Below are positions 39,855 through 52,905 of a stretch of 64,000 nt of DNA, one piece after another; position 1 is the stretch's first letter, and each line of letters starts with the position of its first letter. This DNA comes from Chlorokybus atmophyticus (taxonomy: Eukaryota; Plantae; Mesostigma and Chlorokybus algae). The notes beneath the pieces are model-generated. The model did no database searches, was not told where the DNA came from, and worked only from the letters and a program-made list of their open reading frames with translations. The stretch is from contig RHPI01002910.1 in assembly GCA_009103225.1 (NCBI GenBank), positions 364,678 to 428,677 on the forward strand, in the 5' to 3' direction. A program made the translations under genes and the position numbers.

Positions 39855-41738
39855 CTAGTGTCTTAGCAGCTGCAGATAAACGCACGGAGCTACAATGCGC
39901 ACACGCAGATCAGCAATATCAACATCGTGCCCGCCTTCGACAAAGCCCCATTCTTTGGTCTGCAAAGCACACCGACGCAGTGTTTAGGGCGAGTCAAGCA
40001 TACCAGTCAGGTGATGCACATAGCTGTTTCACACCTGATAGTCCTCTTCGCAGCGAATGACTTGCAACGCTTCATCCATGCTCAGCCGCCCTTTCACAAC
40101 AGCCAGTGCGATGACTACCGAGCGCGCCGCACCAGCAAGAGACTCTATGGCAGATATCTCCCAACTTGTCATTGGCCGCAGCATTTGTGCAATACTGTCT
40201 GCGTAGAAAGTGTCACAGTGTTACACAGTTTACAAAAAAAAAGGGCCACTTACAACCCAACCAGGTCTAGTAAATGTGTGGAATGCACATGTATGCTGCT
40301 GACAACACCAGTAGTGCCCACCTAGCGCTGCTTTTGGCTGTCGTACGCCAAAAATGCTATCAGAAACCGCCAACTCCACACCCAAATCCTCCCGTGACCA
40401 CTGCACGAGCGGGTCCCAGAGCTGGACAGTCATGCCAAAAGGAAAGTTGAACACGGGCAATGATGCTGTCACTGCATCGCATCTTGCAATTCCACCATAA
40501 CTTGGACAGCTTCTGCTGGTATATCCATGCCAGAAGTACTTATGACCATCGTGCTCAGGGGCGAGCAGGCAAACATGACTTGGATACTCGCGCTTACTTC
40601 TTTTTGTCGTTCTGCAAGTGGCCCCGACTCGGCTCTGCAACAGATGGCGTCATCATCCGCGTACTCTACCACTTGGGAGATCACATTCTCTACATCCTGC
40701 ACAAACACGGCTCACTTTAGCAATGCGCAACACATTTGCTCAACACAGTGCAACGCACAAGTCTAACCATCAGATTGTACGGCTCACAGGTGCAACTTGG
40801 TCAATGGCTGTGGTAGCAAGCTTCATCAATGGCATGGTGAAAGGCCGCACGTGTGTTGCGCTCTGCCACTCCCACTCAGCTGCCACAGCCAGTGCAAGCG
40901 CCCTTGTCGGCACACAAAGCGGTCGCCTGCCAGCACGCACACATAAACAACGAGCCACTACCACTGACGACATGAACATGCTAACGACTCTGCGGCCTGC
41001 CAACCCTCAGTGCTGCGAGGTACCATGTGTAACCTTCAATCACTATGTTTTGGTAGCGTTAACCAGCAGCCAGCAAGCACTTGCCAGTGGCAAATCCTTG
41101 TTGGCAAATTGACAACGCTAAGCAAACGTCTACTGCTAAACGTCATCAAACCAAGCAGTAGCAGTAGTGTACTGCTGAGAACTGATCTAAGCAGTAATCC
41201 ACTGCTACTGCTTACTTTGCTGCTTAGCATGGCTTTGTGGCGAGCTTGTGACAACATGCAGGCTTCTCAGCATTGATCTAAGCAGCAAATCCACGCTACT
41301 GCTTGGCTGCTTAGCTGGGCTTTACAACGAGCTTATCACAAGATGCAAGCCTCACTTGCGGGGGGTCTGCAGCGCCCTGCCGTCCAGCGTCACTGTGAAG
41401 CCATCTCCAAGGGGCTGAATGTCAACATGCTTGTAGATGCGCTGGATGGTACCGTCCATGCGTGCACGAGAAGGCGCAGCAAGCGCTTCGTCTTCGTCTG
41501 TAGAAGAAGGAGACGAAGAGGCAGGGGAAACTGTGCCCTGTGCAGCCGCCGCAGAGTGGTTACTGGCAGCTCTCTCCAACAGTTCTCTGTGGGAGAAAGG
41601 CAAACCAGAAGTGCTGGTGGCCATGCCAGCAGCTGCATGTCGCCACAGCCATGATGACGACGACCAAAATAATTCAAACGACACGGCTGCTTTAGACGAC
41701 CTGATCAGCAACACCCTCACCGCCGCCGCCGCCGCCAT
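39855..41738 (-). CDS. ATP12: Mitochondrial F1-ATPase assembly factor ATP12/ATPAF2
   Basis: RIYKHV...VTLDGRALQTP, LALAVAAEWEWQ...RPFTMPLMKLATTAID, WDPLVQW, C-terminus EWGFVEGGHDVDIADLRVR. Confidence 0.88.
41183..41345. repeat. Diverged tandem duplication (period about 91 bp) in an ATP12 intron, each unit with CTAAGCAG...CTGCTTAG
   Basis: TGATCTAAGCAG starts at both 41183 and 41274, followed by similar sequence. Confidence 0.65.
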
Positions 41739-42273
41739 GTCGACAGTAGTTGCACAGTCCAAAGCCTGCACTCAGCAGCTGTACCGTGTCCAGTCGTGTG
41801 TCTCAGAAGGGGACACGACTTTGCATGTACACTTCTCGTACACGCTTGCTACCGTGTGTTGCGTGCCCCAGACACGACTTCAAACTAGAGTTTCATCATA
41901 GGCCGCACACAGCTGGCGAGGGCGGCGGAGAATCCACGGCGCAAGTGGGCGGCGCTTGGGGGCCTCGGAGGAGGCGGGGTTTAAGGGGCTGGAGGAGAAG
42001 CAGGTGTACGAGGTGCAGGAGGCAAGGGAGCGCGGTTTGTTGCTTTCCTGGCCTGGTGTGCACAGTCAGCGGCAGTCGGTTCAGCCCTAACGTCCCCCGC
42101 CTTGGTGAAAGTGCTGCTGGTACTGCTGCCTCAGCTAGAGGATTTGCTTGTTCAGGGTTTGAAGCATTGTGCGCACTGCCAACGCTGTTAGATCGCTGCT
42201 GGGCGAGCGGGGCAGCAGCAGCAGCTTGCTGCTGGATGATGGTGACCTGAAGGACGGTGTCAGCTGGTGTGCT

Positions 42274-45200
42274 ATGGAGAATGGCAGCCGCAACGGAAGT
42301 AGCAACGGGCCGTTAGTAGCAGAGGAGCCGAGTATTTCTGCTTCGTTGCAGCAGCAGCGCAGCAATGGCGAAGCAGGGAGACACGCGGACGGCCCAGCCG
42401 CTGCGTCCAAGGACTGGCACCGGACCATGCCGCACAAGGACCTCGCCGCCAACGGCCATGTTGTGTCTCCCCCCGAAGCTCGTCCCAAGGTGCGTGCATT
42501 GCGCCACGCTGCAGCGTTGCCATCGCATCATTTTGCATGCATTGAAACACAGTGCACGCTGTTTCTTTGCAGTTAGCTGCAGCTGTAGGTTGCTCCGTTA
42601 TGTGTCGCCTGGTTTCACTCCGAGTTTAGAGCTCTGACTTTGAGCAAAGCTTGCCCCTTACAATGGTGACGGCTGAGTGCATGTCTTGGTTGACGAGTGT
42701 TGTACATGTTGACAGTGTTGCAGCCAAGTCACAGTTATGGTCCATGTGCATGTGTTCACGTCGTCTGGCGTTGTGGCCATGCCCCAATGTCATGCCTACC
42801 ATCGCAACAAGTGGTGATGATGCTAGCAGCCGACAAGATGCCCATTGCTTTCTGCTTGTGTGCAAGTTGTCCAGTGCAATATCATAAAGCTGCCGTTGAC
42901 GGCTGCAGGACATTGTGAATGAAGCCGAAATGATGGATAACGGCGATCACAAAGACATGTTGTACACACTTTCATCTTCATATAAGCCCCGAGATATTGC
43001 GAGCATACAAAGATCTGTTGTGAACCATGTTGAGTATACCCTTGCGCGACGGCGCTACAAGTTTGACGCCTCAAATTTTTACTTGGCCACTGCCCATTCT
43101 CTGCGCGATCGCCTCATTGAGCGCTGGACTGACACTCACCAGTATCTCACGAAGCAGGTTTGCATATTGTGCGATGACACAAGACACATTGGCTATGTAA
43201 TATGACTTGATATGTGTATGCTTAGCTGGTTTGTGCTCATGTTGCAACAACGGCCCACCAGGATGCGAAGCGTGTATATTACCTCTCGCTGGAGTTTCTT
43301 GTGGGAAGGTCGCTGCAGAATGCTATGTACAATCTCGGATTGCAGCAAAGCTATGCAGAGGCACTCCTGCAGTTGGGATACGATCTTGAGAATCTGGTGA
43401 GCAACCTGGGTCGCATGTTGTGCAAGTGTGATGGTGTATGTGGCGCGTTTTTATGTCTCTGATTGCTTTGCGGGTGCCTGATAACAACAGGTTCAAGAAG
43501 AGAAAGACCCTGCTCTTGGCAATGGCGGACTCGGCCGGCTAGCTTCGTGCTTCCTGGACTCGATGGCAACACTCAGCTACCCATGCTGGGGGTACAGCTA
43601 TACATGCTACAAGCATTGGTGTCATTGTTTTGGGCGACCTCCGCTGACACCTCTTTTTCATTGTGGGATCAGGTATGGCATACGGTACAAGTATGGCATG
43701 TTTGAGCAGCGCATCGTAAGCGGGAAGCAAGTAGAGTTTCCGGACTACTGGCTCACACGCGGCAACCCTTGGGAAGTTGAAAGGCTGGATGTGCAGTATC
43801 CGGTCAGGTTCTACGGCTACGTTCGCACCTTCGACGACAATGGGCGCACCCGTTTTACATGGGAGGGTGGAGAGCTCACGCTTGCCGTTGCGTATGACAC
43901 CCCCATTCCTGGCTATGACACATACAACACCAATAACATGCGACTCTGGAGCAGGTAAGCCGAGCTGCATCTTCGCACGGAGCTGTTGGATTGCCTGTGA
44001 TTACTGTCTAGTTCATGCTGCTGATTGGTGCAATTCACAGCAAGCCATATTCTGAGTTCGACCTGGCCAGCTTCAATGCTGGTCACTATTATGCTGCTAT
44101 CGAGGCAAAAGAGCGCAGTGAGAGCATTAGCAGTGTGCTCTATCCCAATGACAACAATGAAGGTGGCAAAGAGTTGCGGCTCAAGCAGCAGTTTTTCTTT
44201 GTGTCAGCCACCCTGCAGGTTGTCAAGACGATGTCTGCCATGATGTGCTATGTCATTATCACGAGCTGGCATTAATGGTGTGGATTGTTTTGTACAGGAT
44301 ATCCTCAAGCGGTACAAGAAACGAGAGAGGCCCCTCACAGAGTTTTCTGACAAGATTGCCATTCAATTGAACGACACCCACCCTACAATCGGCATACCAG
44401 AGCTGATGCGCTTGTTGCTTGATGAAGAGGTACCGGTGGCCTGCGTGCACATATTTGTTGCATGGCAGGGACACTACTAGGGAACCTTCACATTGCGCAA
44501 CTCTTGTGGGCATGGTTGCTCACACGGTGTTGCAGGGCCTGGAATGGGATGATGCCTGGAACATTGTAACGAACACATATGCCTACACAAACCATACCAT
44601 CATGCCAGAGGCTTTGGAACGGTGGCCAGTCCCTCTTGTAGAGAACTTATTGCCGCGACACATGCAGATTATATATGAGATCAACCATCGGCACTTGCAG
44701 GTCAGGCCTTCAACTGTTGTTGGAGACACATGCCATGCTTTGGTAGTTGGCTCAGGCAGGCTGTTCATATATTCTCATCACATGTCACGTGTGCACCTCA
44801 GGAGGTTGCCAGGAGGTACCCAGGTGATGTCTCCAGACTACAAGTCATGTCTATCATTGAGGAAAGCTCTCCAAAGATGGTGCGAATGGCGGTTCTGGCG
44901 ACAGTCGCTTGCCATACTGTGAATGGTGTTGCTGAGATCCACACAGGCCTTGTTAAGTCACACCTGCTCCCAGAGTTTTACGAGATGTATCCAAACAAGT
45001 TCATCAACATTACAAATGGTGTGACATCGCGGCGATGGATGCTGTGTGCAAACCCCTCTCTCAGCAAGGTATGCGCTTGCTAGGTAAAAACCTGATCATT
45101 GTCGATGAGGTGTGGCAACGTGCCATGAACACACATGTTTGTGTCACAAGCTTTCGGCTGTATCGTTGCCTATAACGTGGGTGCATGCCTCAACCCAGTA

Positions 45201-47348
45201 TGCTAATAAGTCATTGACAGGTTATCACCAAGTGGTTGGGCAGTGATGCTTGGACTACAGATCTGGATCGCCTGCGGGTACGTTGGGGCGTTACTCTACT
45301 GCATGCAAGGGCATGGTGCAGATGCTCGTACCAATGCATTGCGTACAACAAAGTCATTGGCAGTGGTTCCACACGAGCTCACATTGCAATGGCTGTCTTG
45401 CTCTGTCATTTTCAGGGCTTGCTCACGCATGTTGACAACCTGGAGTTCCGCCAAGAATGGGCAGCTTCCAAGCACCAGAACAAGTTGAGACTAAGAGACT
45501 ACATTTTGCGGGAATGCGGCATTGAGGTACGTCAAGTGTAATGTTCGAGCAACTCTTGTGTAGCGGAGTTTGCTCTGAAGTCAGGTTGCACCTTTGTGTC
45601 TATTTTACTGCGTTTCCAACATATTGATGGCACTGCAGGTGGATCCACACGCCCTCTTTGACATGCACATCAAGCGCATACATGAGTATAAGCGCCAGCT
45701 GCTCAATGTGCTCGCCATCATTCACAGATATCACATGATCAAGGTCTGTTTGCAGGCCATTAAGTAGAGCTGTGCAAGTCTGTACAGGCAGATTGCTAAA
45801 CACTGCTAGCATGACACATGCAGGTGGCTACAGCAGAAGAGAAGCGCAGGCTGGTGCCACATGTGTCAATTTTCGCTGGCAAGGCTGCACCAGGCTACTA
45901 TATGGCCAAGAAAGTCATTCACTTTGTCAACAGGTCTGAGCGATTGGGTGTTATCATGCTTATGTGGACTTCTGTGGGCTTCATTATGTGTAGCTCCAAG
46001 CATCATGCATACATCTGTGTCAACCTGAGCAGAGTTATCTTGGCTGCAGTGTGGCTTCTGTCGTCAATGAGGACCCAGACATGGAGAACTTGTTGAAAGT
46101 GGTGTTCATACCCAACTACAACGTCTCCAACGCTGAGGTATGTGTGTGCTGTGTTGATCTATAGACAATGCCCTACATGCAGATGTAACGTGGATTGCAG
46201 TGATGTGGATGAACCATTCAGCTTGATGTTGCAGTGTTGTCTTCTACGACTTGCCGCCGTGCATGTTGCCAAGCGCATACAAACACTGATGCTCAACTTT
46301 TGTATGCATTACTGCTGTTCCCATATCTGTTGCCTTGCATTCTTAGGTCATTATTCCCGCTAGTGATATATCGCAGCATATTAGCACGGCTGGTATGGAG
46401 GCCAGCGGAACCTCCAACATGAAGTTTGTTATGAATGGCGGGTTGATTCTGGGAACAATGGATGGCGCCAACATTGAGATCATGGAGGAGATTGGTGAAA
46501 AGAACATGTTCATCTTTGGCGCCTTAGCCTCCGAGACGGACGAGTTGCGACGCAGCGCTCGCTTTCGCGAGCCCATACTGGATGAGCGCTTGCAGCAGGT
46601 ATTGTGAGCCTAAGTGTGTTGAAAACCTTCCTCTACCTTTCAGAGTATGTTTACAGGCATGTTGAAAACCTTCCACAAGGCGATGTCCCTGTTTTGACCC
46701 TAAGCTAAGACCACCATGCATGCTGGCAGGTATTCCAGATGATACACATAGGACTCTTTGGACCATATACGGAGTTCCAACCTCTTATTGAGGCACTGCT
46801 GCATGGCAACGATTACTACTTATTGTGCCATGATTTCCCTGCATACCTGGAAGCCCATGTAAGTAACTGCATGCAGTTGGTGTCCAGTCTGCCTCATGGG
46901 CCTTGTGGATCTGATCTCATTTCTGTGATTTGCACAGGAGAGGGTGGACAGGGCATTCTTACAGAAAGACGATTGGATTCGCAGTACCATTGTAAGTTGC
47001 GTAGAATGTTGTATGTGTTTGCTCGCACATTGCAGTTGCAGTCAGTGTTTGGTTTTGGCTTTCTTATTGTGGTTGCATGTCTCATCATGAAGCTTTGTGC
47101 TGGTGCAGGAAAGCACAGCAAAGATGGGACGATTCAGTAGCGACAGAACCATCCGCGAGTATGCAGAATCGATATGGCATGTGAAGGTGAAGCGCTCGCT
47201 AATCTATGCAGTTGTATATGGACCAATGCTTGAGTGAGCGTCACATGTCTACAATTGGCACTGATAGTGAATGCCTCATGTGCAGCCATACCCATACTCC
47301 CCAGAGATGGTCACTGGTGCTGATGGCGATGACAGCGAGGCACCTTGA
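42274..47348 (+). CDS. Alpha-1,4-glucan (glycogen/starch) phosphorylase, GT35 (start uncertain)
   Basis: [87 protein letters not shown]-lysine motif [23 protein letters not shown]; last exon ends TGA 47346-47348. Confidence 0.93.
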
Positions 47349-48144
47349 GCTCATTGCATGTGCAGTTGGAGCATTGTTGCGCCCGCGAGCGTCAATGGCC
47401 TTGACTTCGGTACTACAAAGCGACGTAAAGCTTTCACAGATTGGCATCATCCGTGCTGCGTTTGGCTGGGACCAGTCTGTCAGTTCAATGACCTGGGGCG
47501 CAAGGTTGCCCAGGCATTGTAGACATGACCCCAAGCATTGCACCCATTCTTGGAGATGGTAAATCGAGTTGTCCTTTACATGGCTTTGCAGTCATGCCAC
47601 TTGCGTCTTTCTATCATAAACCGCAACGTCTTTTGATGCGTGGTTGCTGGTAGTGCTATGTAATAATGACTGAATTGTTGCATTGCAGTAGTTTGTCATG
47701 GTTCTAATGGTGCTTTCATCCTATATGCGCTGTTGCGACGCGACATATGAGGGTGGTAGTGAGTGCTGAGCTACTGCGTAATAAGGGTGGATCGGTGCGT
47801 AGTTGTTTGCTTCCTAAGATGTTCCAGCAGCACCTTGGCCTAAGTACAGCAACATTGAGAAGTTGTACCACTTCCCATGGGCTGTGCGCGCCGCGTGGTC
47901 CACCACAGGGAGCTTGCTAACCGCATGTTGGGCTTCATGTTCATGCGCAGGCAGCGACGTGCCTTCCATGCACTACAGTGCACTCAGGGTGAGGCACTTT
48001 GAAAGGGCAACTACCGCCACATGCACTGTTTCGGGCCGGTTGGCCTCTATGGCTGTCTTATCTGACATTGCAATGCTTTAGGCGCAAGCCTTGCGTGGCA
48101 CACTTGGTTTCATGCGAGACGTGATAAGTGGTAGGAATTATCCG

Positions 48145-48216
48145 ATAAGCTTTGTCACACATGGGAAATGCATGCGCATGTTTGCGCATGCATTTCCCAT
48201 GTGTGACAAAGCTTAT
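48145..48216. repeat. Perfect 34-bp inverted repeat with a 4-nt loop (intergenic)
   Basis: ATAAGCTTTGTCACACATGGGAAATGCATGCGCA-TGTT-TGCGCATGCATTTCCCATGTGTGACAAAGCTTAT. Confidence 0.93.
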
Positions 48217-48501
48217 TTCCTTTGGAACCTAGCCAGTTAACCAGCAAGTCATATATAAATAAGAGAGATGATTAATTGCATAATGCAAAGTATGTGCAAG
48301 CAGCGTTAGCAGGTTTGACGTTAACTTACAGACGGACCGCAACAACAACGGCTCAGCATACGATGTGATGTATGTTTGTATTGTTGATGTTGCTTATGTA
48401 GCGCAATACATTGTGCAGTTCTATTATAACACTCGTATCTCGATGTTTTTACTATCCCGCAATGAAACCGTTTCGGACACGTAAGTCAATAGTGTTAATA
48501 C

Positions 48502-48503
<2 letters not shown>

Positions 48504-48549
<46 letters not shown>
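48504..48549. repeat. (GA)n microsatellite
   Basis: Direct reading. Confidence 0.95.
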
Positions 48550-48552
<3 letters not shown>

Positions 48553-49640
48553 AAGTTAATATCTTTGTGACTTATATGATGAAATACAACTTCAACACAG
48601 CTACGGTATGTTTTTAATTTACTTCAACCCCTTGCTATTACATTTGACCCTTTCCTACTGTTCCTTTGAAGGAGCAATTATACGAATTCGTATAGTCGTT
48701 TTATGGTTGTTATTGGAAAAGCTACCATAACCCAAGAAGTTTGGCAATGGATGGATGCCTGCAACGATCAGATGCTTGTACACATGCTTGTACACGCGTG
48801 AATGCGTATGCTTACAGCCGGGCTCGTGAACGCTTTGCTGCATGGACTCGGCCAATGAGGCACGCTCCAGCTGGCAGCTCGTGATAGGGTTTGCTGCTGA
48901 GCCGGCGGTGGTGGAGGAGAAGGCGGCGGCGGGCGGCGGTGGTGGTCGGCATCATCGCGCAGGTCATCTGCCGACTGTGGTTGACGCCGCATGGCGCGTG
49001 TTTGAAACGGGAGCCGTAGAGGGAGGAAGCGAGCGAGGCAGAGTGTGTTGCTGTGCTACCGTGGACTTGGTGGTGGACTCTTGTCGGCCTGGCCGCCACC
49101 GCCCTCCCCGTCTGAGGGCCCGTCCGGGCCCTCGTCCTTGGCGACAAGGGTTTGCTGCTTGAGGATTTTGCCGCTTTGGGTGACAAGATGGAGCAGGTGA
49201 GCACCAGCTGTCGCCACATGGCTTGGTGTTCAGGTGTTGGTGTCAGGCAATCGCCCTGTTGCTCACATTCAAGCAACGTCATGCAATGCGAGTCATAGTT
49301 TTGCCTGAATAACCGCGGTGACGGTCAGCTGCGTTGCTGTTTCGCCAACGTACACGCCTAGCGTTGGCATGCGTAGCAGCGAATTTCATTCGAGTTTGCA
49401 TTGTCACTTGCGCATGTTCAGTAGTTGACTGTAACTGCAAGATCGTCTCAGGCGGACAGCTTTATGGTGACGCTGCAGGTTAGACTTGTAACCTGTATAT
49501 GCCGAGACTGGCTGTGATACATTGCGATTTGGCGATGATGTGCTTGCTCGCATGCAGCAGTGATGATGCAACCCAACCGCATTTTGTAAACCGTGCTCGT
49601 AAAATGTCCAGTATGCATATGGGCTGAGTATCTGCAGGAT

Positions 49641-50797
49641 ATGCAGATGCAGCAGTACAATGCGTTGCCAGGAATGGCAACGCCCCAGCAGCAACAGCAG
49701 CATCGCCAGCAAATGCAGCTGTTCTGGCAGCGCCAAGCACAGGAGATTGCAACGGTGACAGGTGGGGCAAAACCGCATGATGCCATCCTTCAAGCTGTGT
49801 TGTGCATGGTGGCATTGGCTTGCGTATGTTGAGCTATCAATTCAGTGCTGTGACCATGCTGCACTGCAGACTTCAAAAACCACCAGTTGCCTTTGGCAAG
49901 GATAAAGAAGATTATGAAGTCGGATGAGGACGTGCGGGTAAGCAGCTTGGCACCCTCAGTGCTGTGGAGCTGCAGATGTCTAAATATAGTTGACACTGGT
50001 CACCGCAGATGATCAGTGCAGAAGCACCTGCGCTTTTTGCAAAGGCGTGTGAATTGTTCATACTCGAACTCACATTGCAATCGTGGATTCACACGGAAGA
50101 CAACAAGCGACGGACATTGCAAAAGAACGACATTGCTGCTGCCATTACCAAGACGGATATCTTTGACTTCCTAGTAGATATCGTGCCAAGGGACGAGATC
50201 AAGGTACCTAGTGCAGGAATTGTAATGCACTGGCAGCACCACCCATTTGGGCAAGGTGTGGTGCAAGTTCTGAGGTTTAATGCTGTCGCAGGAAGAGGGT
50301 GCGACTATGGGAAGGCAGGCAACTCCCACCGGTGCACCAGCAGACCCACTATACCAGGGCATGTACTACTTGCAGCAGGGTCAACAGACAATGATGCCGG
50401 TATGCTGCGACAGCGCGGTCTCTAGTGTCTCCTGTGTCTTTGGTTGATCTTAATGCACTGTGACGCTTGTTGACAACATTTACGAGTCCGGGGCATGCTT
50501 GGCAGGGCACGCAGCAACCCATGATGATGCAGCCTGCCATGCAAATGGATCCCATGATGTACCACCAGCAGGCGCAGGTGAGCAAGGCAGACAGCTGCAT
50601 GCTTGCCTGCTGGAGTTTGCTTCACCGTCTTGTTTGTAAGCCGCTTGACATGGTGTCCTTTGCTCAAGCAGTATATGCCTCAAGCTCAGCACATGCAGTA
50701 CATGCCACAGCAGCAGCCACCGCCAACCGTACAAGGGCAAGCATCCTCGCAGATGGAAAACTCGGGAGGTCAGCCTGGCCAGAACCAGAGTCGGTGA
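49641..50797 (+). CDS. NF-YC: Nuclear factor Y subunit C (histone-fold CCAAT-binding factor) with a Q-rich tail
   Basis: [89 protein letters not shown]. Confidence 0.9.
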
Positions 50798-51504
50798 TGC
50801 ACTCAGGCAACAGCAGCGCCATGTCCGTCCCCGCGGTAATATCAATGTAAGCAGCAGGACGGTCCTAGTAGAACACTGCACTTTTGCACTGACCTTGGAG
50901 TGGGTCATGACGGCACTGCTAGCCAGCGAGCAGTAGATTATTTTCTGAAGTGAAGATGTCATTCCTACCAACTACTGTACTCAAACTGTCGTCAGATATG
51001 ACTTGTTGCACACTCTGAGCTTGCATTGTTCCCAATGACGCAAATGCTGTGAGGGCCTCTGCTGTCGGGTTGTTTTGAATCAGCTGCTTGCTGGTACAGG
51101 AGGGTAGTGTCCAGTAGCATCATGACATCTGACCATTGGCATGTGTACGTCATTGCTTACAGTGCCTGGCTTCTACTCTTGCTCTTGCGCGTAGCATCCT
51201 GCACTTCAGCATGTTGATTTATATTACCAGCAGCATTGCACGACAGCAAATAAACGTACCACTACTATGGGCACAGTCACGTCCATGGCCACAACATTAT
51301 AGCGAAAGTGTCCTGCTCTTCTGTATACACAGGCAGCCTGTGTGGACAGGTGATTACTTCATGCATGCTTGTACGACCAATCAGGAAGGGTAATAGTGGT
51401 AGCATAGAAGGTAGACATAGCAGTAGCTTGGTGGTGAATCATATGATGTGAATGGCGCTTGAATGTGTTTGCCGGTTGCTAGCACATTCAAGCACTATAT
51501 ATAA

Positions 51505-51840
51505 TAGGGCGCCGCTACCGGAGTCCAATGTGCCTCGGAGCGTCAAGTTGGGAGTGGTGGAATCGCAGTACGTGTGGTTCATCCGCGTGTGCACGTATCG
51601 CACTCAATTTATCAACGCTATGACGGACCTGCTCACAGCGATGCAGTCGGAGGGCCTCTTTGAAACGGATGTTGGCGACGCATGATGCGCAACAACACGT
51701 ATGCGTACTGCACCCCCCCGGCATTGTTGTACAAGATGGTGTACCTCGCTTTGCAGAAACACCGGCGCGCAAAGGCGACTATCGCAGACACCACGTCAGC
51801 GGGACCAGACAACGTGCGCGGGGAGCAGGCTGCTTGGTAA
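51505..51840 (+). mobile_element. Possible degenerate 3' fragment of a Penelope-like element RT (thumb/C-terminal region)
   Basis: PESNVPRSVKLGVVESQYVWFIRVCT...F..AMTDLLTAMQSEG resembles the SN.P...K.GVV.SQ..RF.R.C....F......L...GY pattern of PLE RT C-termini; frameshifted downstream. Confidence 0.4.
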
Positions 51841-52806
51841 CGCAGCCTGCCCGTGCTAAGAACACAGCCGTCCAACCCCACCACCCAACCCCACCAGCAC
51901 CACCTAACTGCCAGCGCTACACAGTGCAGTGCCCTAGTGCCACAGTGCAACACTGCATGCCAGCCTGCAGAACGAGAGGCTGGGCAGAGGGGCGGGGCAG
52001 AGGGGCCTTGCCAGATCAGCGGCGACAAGGGTTTGCAGTTGAGGCGACGGCACAATGACAGCAAGAGGAGGAGGGGGAGGCGGAGGAGAGAGAACAGGCG
52101 GAGCGGGGGACGAAGAAGTAGGGAAGCAGGGGAAGGACAGACAGAGAGGGAGAGAGGGAGGGAGACTGTGGGAGAGGGGGAGAGAGGGAGGGAGAGGGAG
52201 TGTGCTGCATGCTGCCTGCTGCTGTTACGCTGCACCTGGACTACCGTGGTTGACGCTGCTGCTCGTGTGTTGCACAGGTAATCAACCAACAATACGCATG
52301 TATGCATGCCTAACGGGGAGGTCTAGAGTAGGGTAGTGTGGTAGGTAAACAGGCAGTCATTATAGCCCGGTGGTGGTGTATGTGACTGTGTTTGCATGCT
52401 GGTTGGTATGCTATGCTGTTGTGACGTCATGCATGTCGCCAATTGTCTCGCGCATATCCTGTACACCATGCATGCTCGAATAATTGCCACTTGCATTGCA
52501 GCACACCACTTCTTGTACAGCCATCTATGAAATCATAGTCAATACTGTATGTCCACATGTACATGGCATCATGATTGTATGGTACTACCAATGCACGCTA
52601 GTTAATTACAAATGAAAGTGTATTGGGCAAGTGAGGCCACATGCTTCACCAAGCTTAGCAACCACTATGGATGGACTTGATCAGTGCATGCTGCCCTTGC
52701 CAAAAGTGCAAGAGCGTATGCGCGCTGTCGGAACACACGCAATTTGTTACACAACCAATCATTTGAACAATTGTTGCCGCAAGTTTAGTATCAAGATGAC
52801 ACGCCC

Positions 52807-52873
52807 ATAGCATGTATAAGTACCACCTGCCGAGCGCCTCCTGCGCTCGGCAGGTGGTACCTATACATGCTAT
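52807..52873. repeat. 31-bp inverted repeat (1 mismatch) with a 5-nt loop
   Basis: ATAGCATGTATAAGTACCACCTGCCGAGCGC-CTCCT-GCGCTCGGCAGGTGGTACCTATACATGCTAT. Confidence 0.88.
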
Positions 52874-52905
52874 CCTCACGCCCCTTGCGCGCTACCATAC
52901 CCCGT

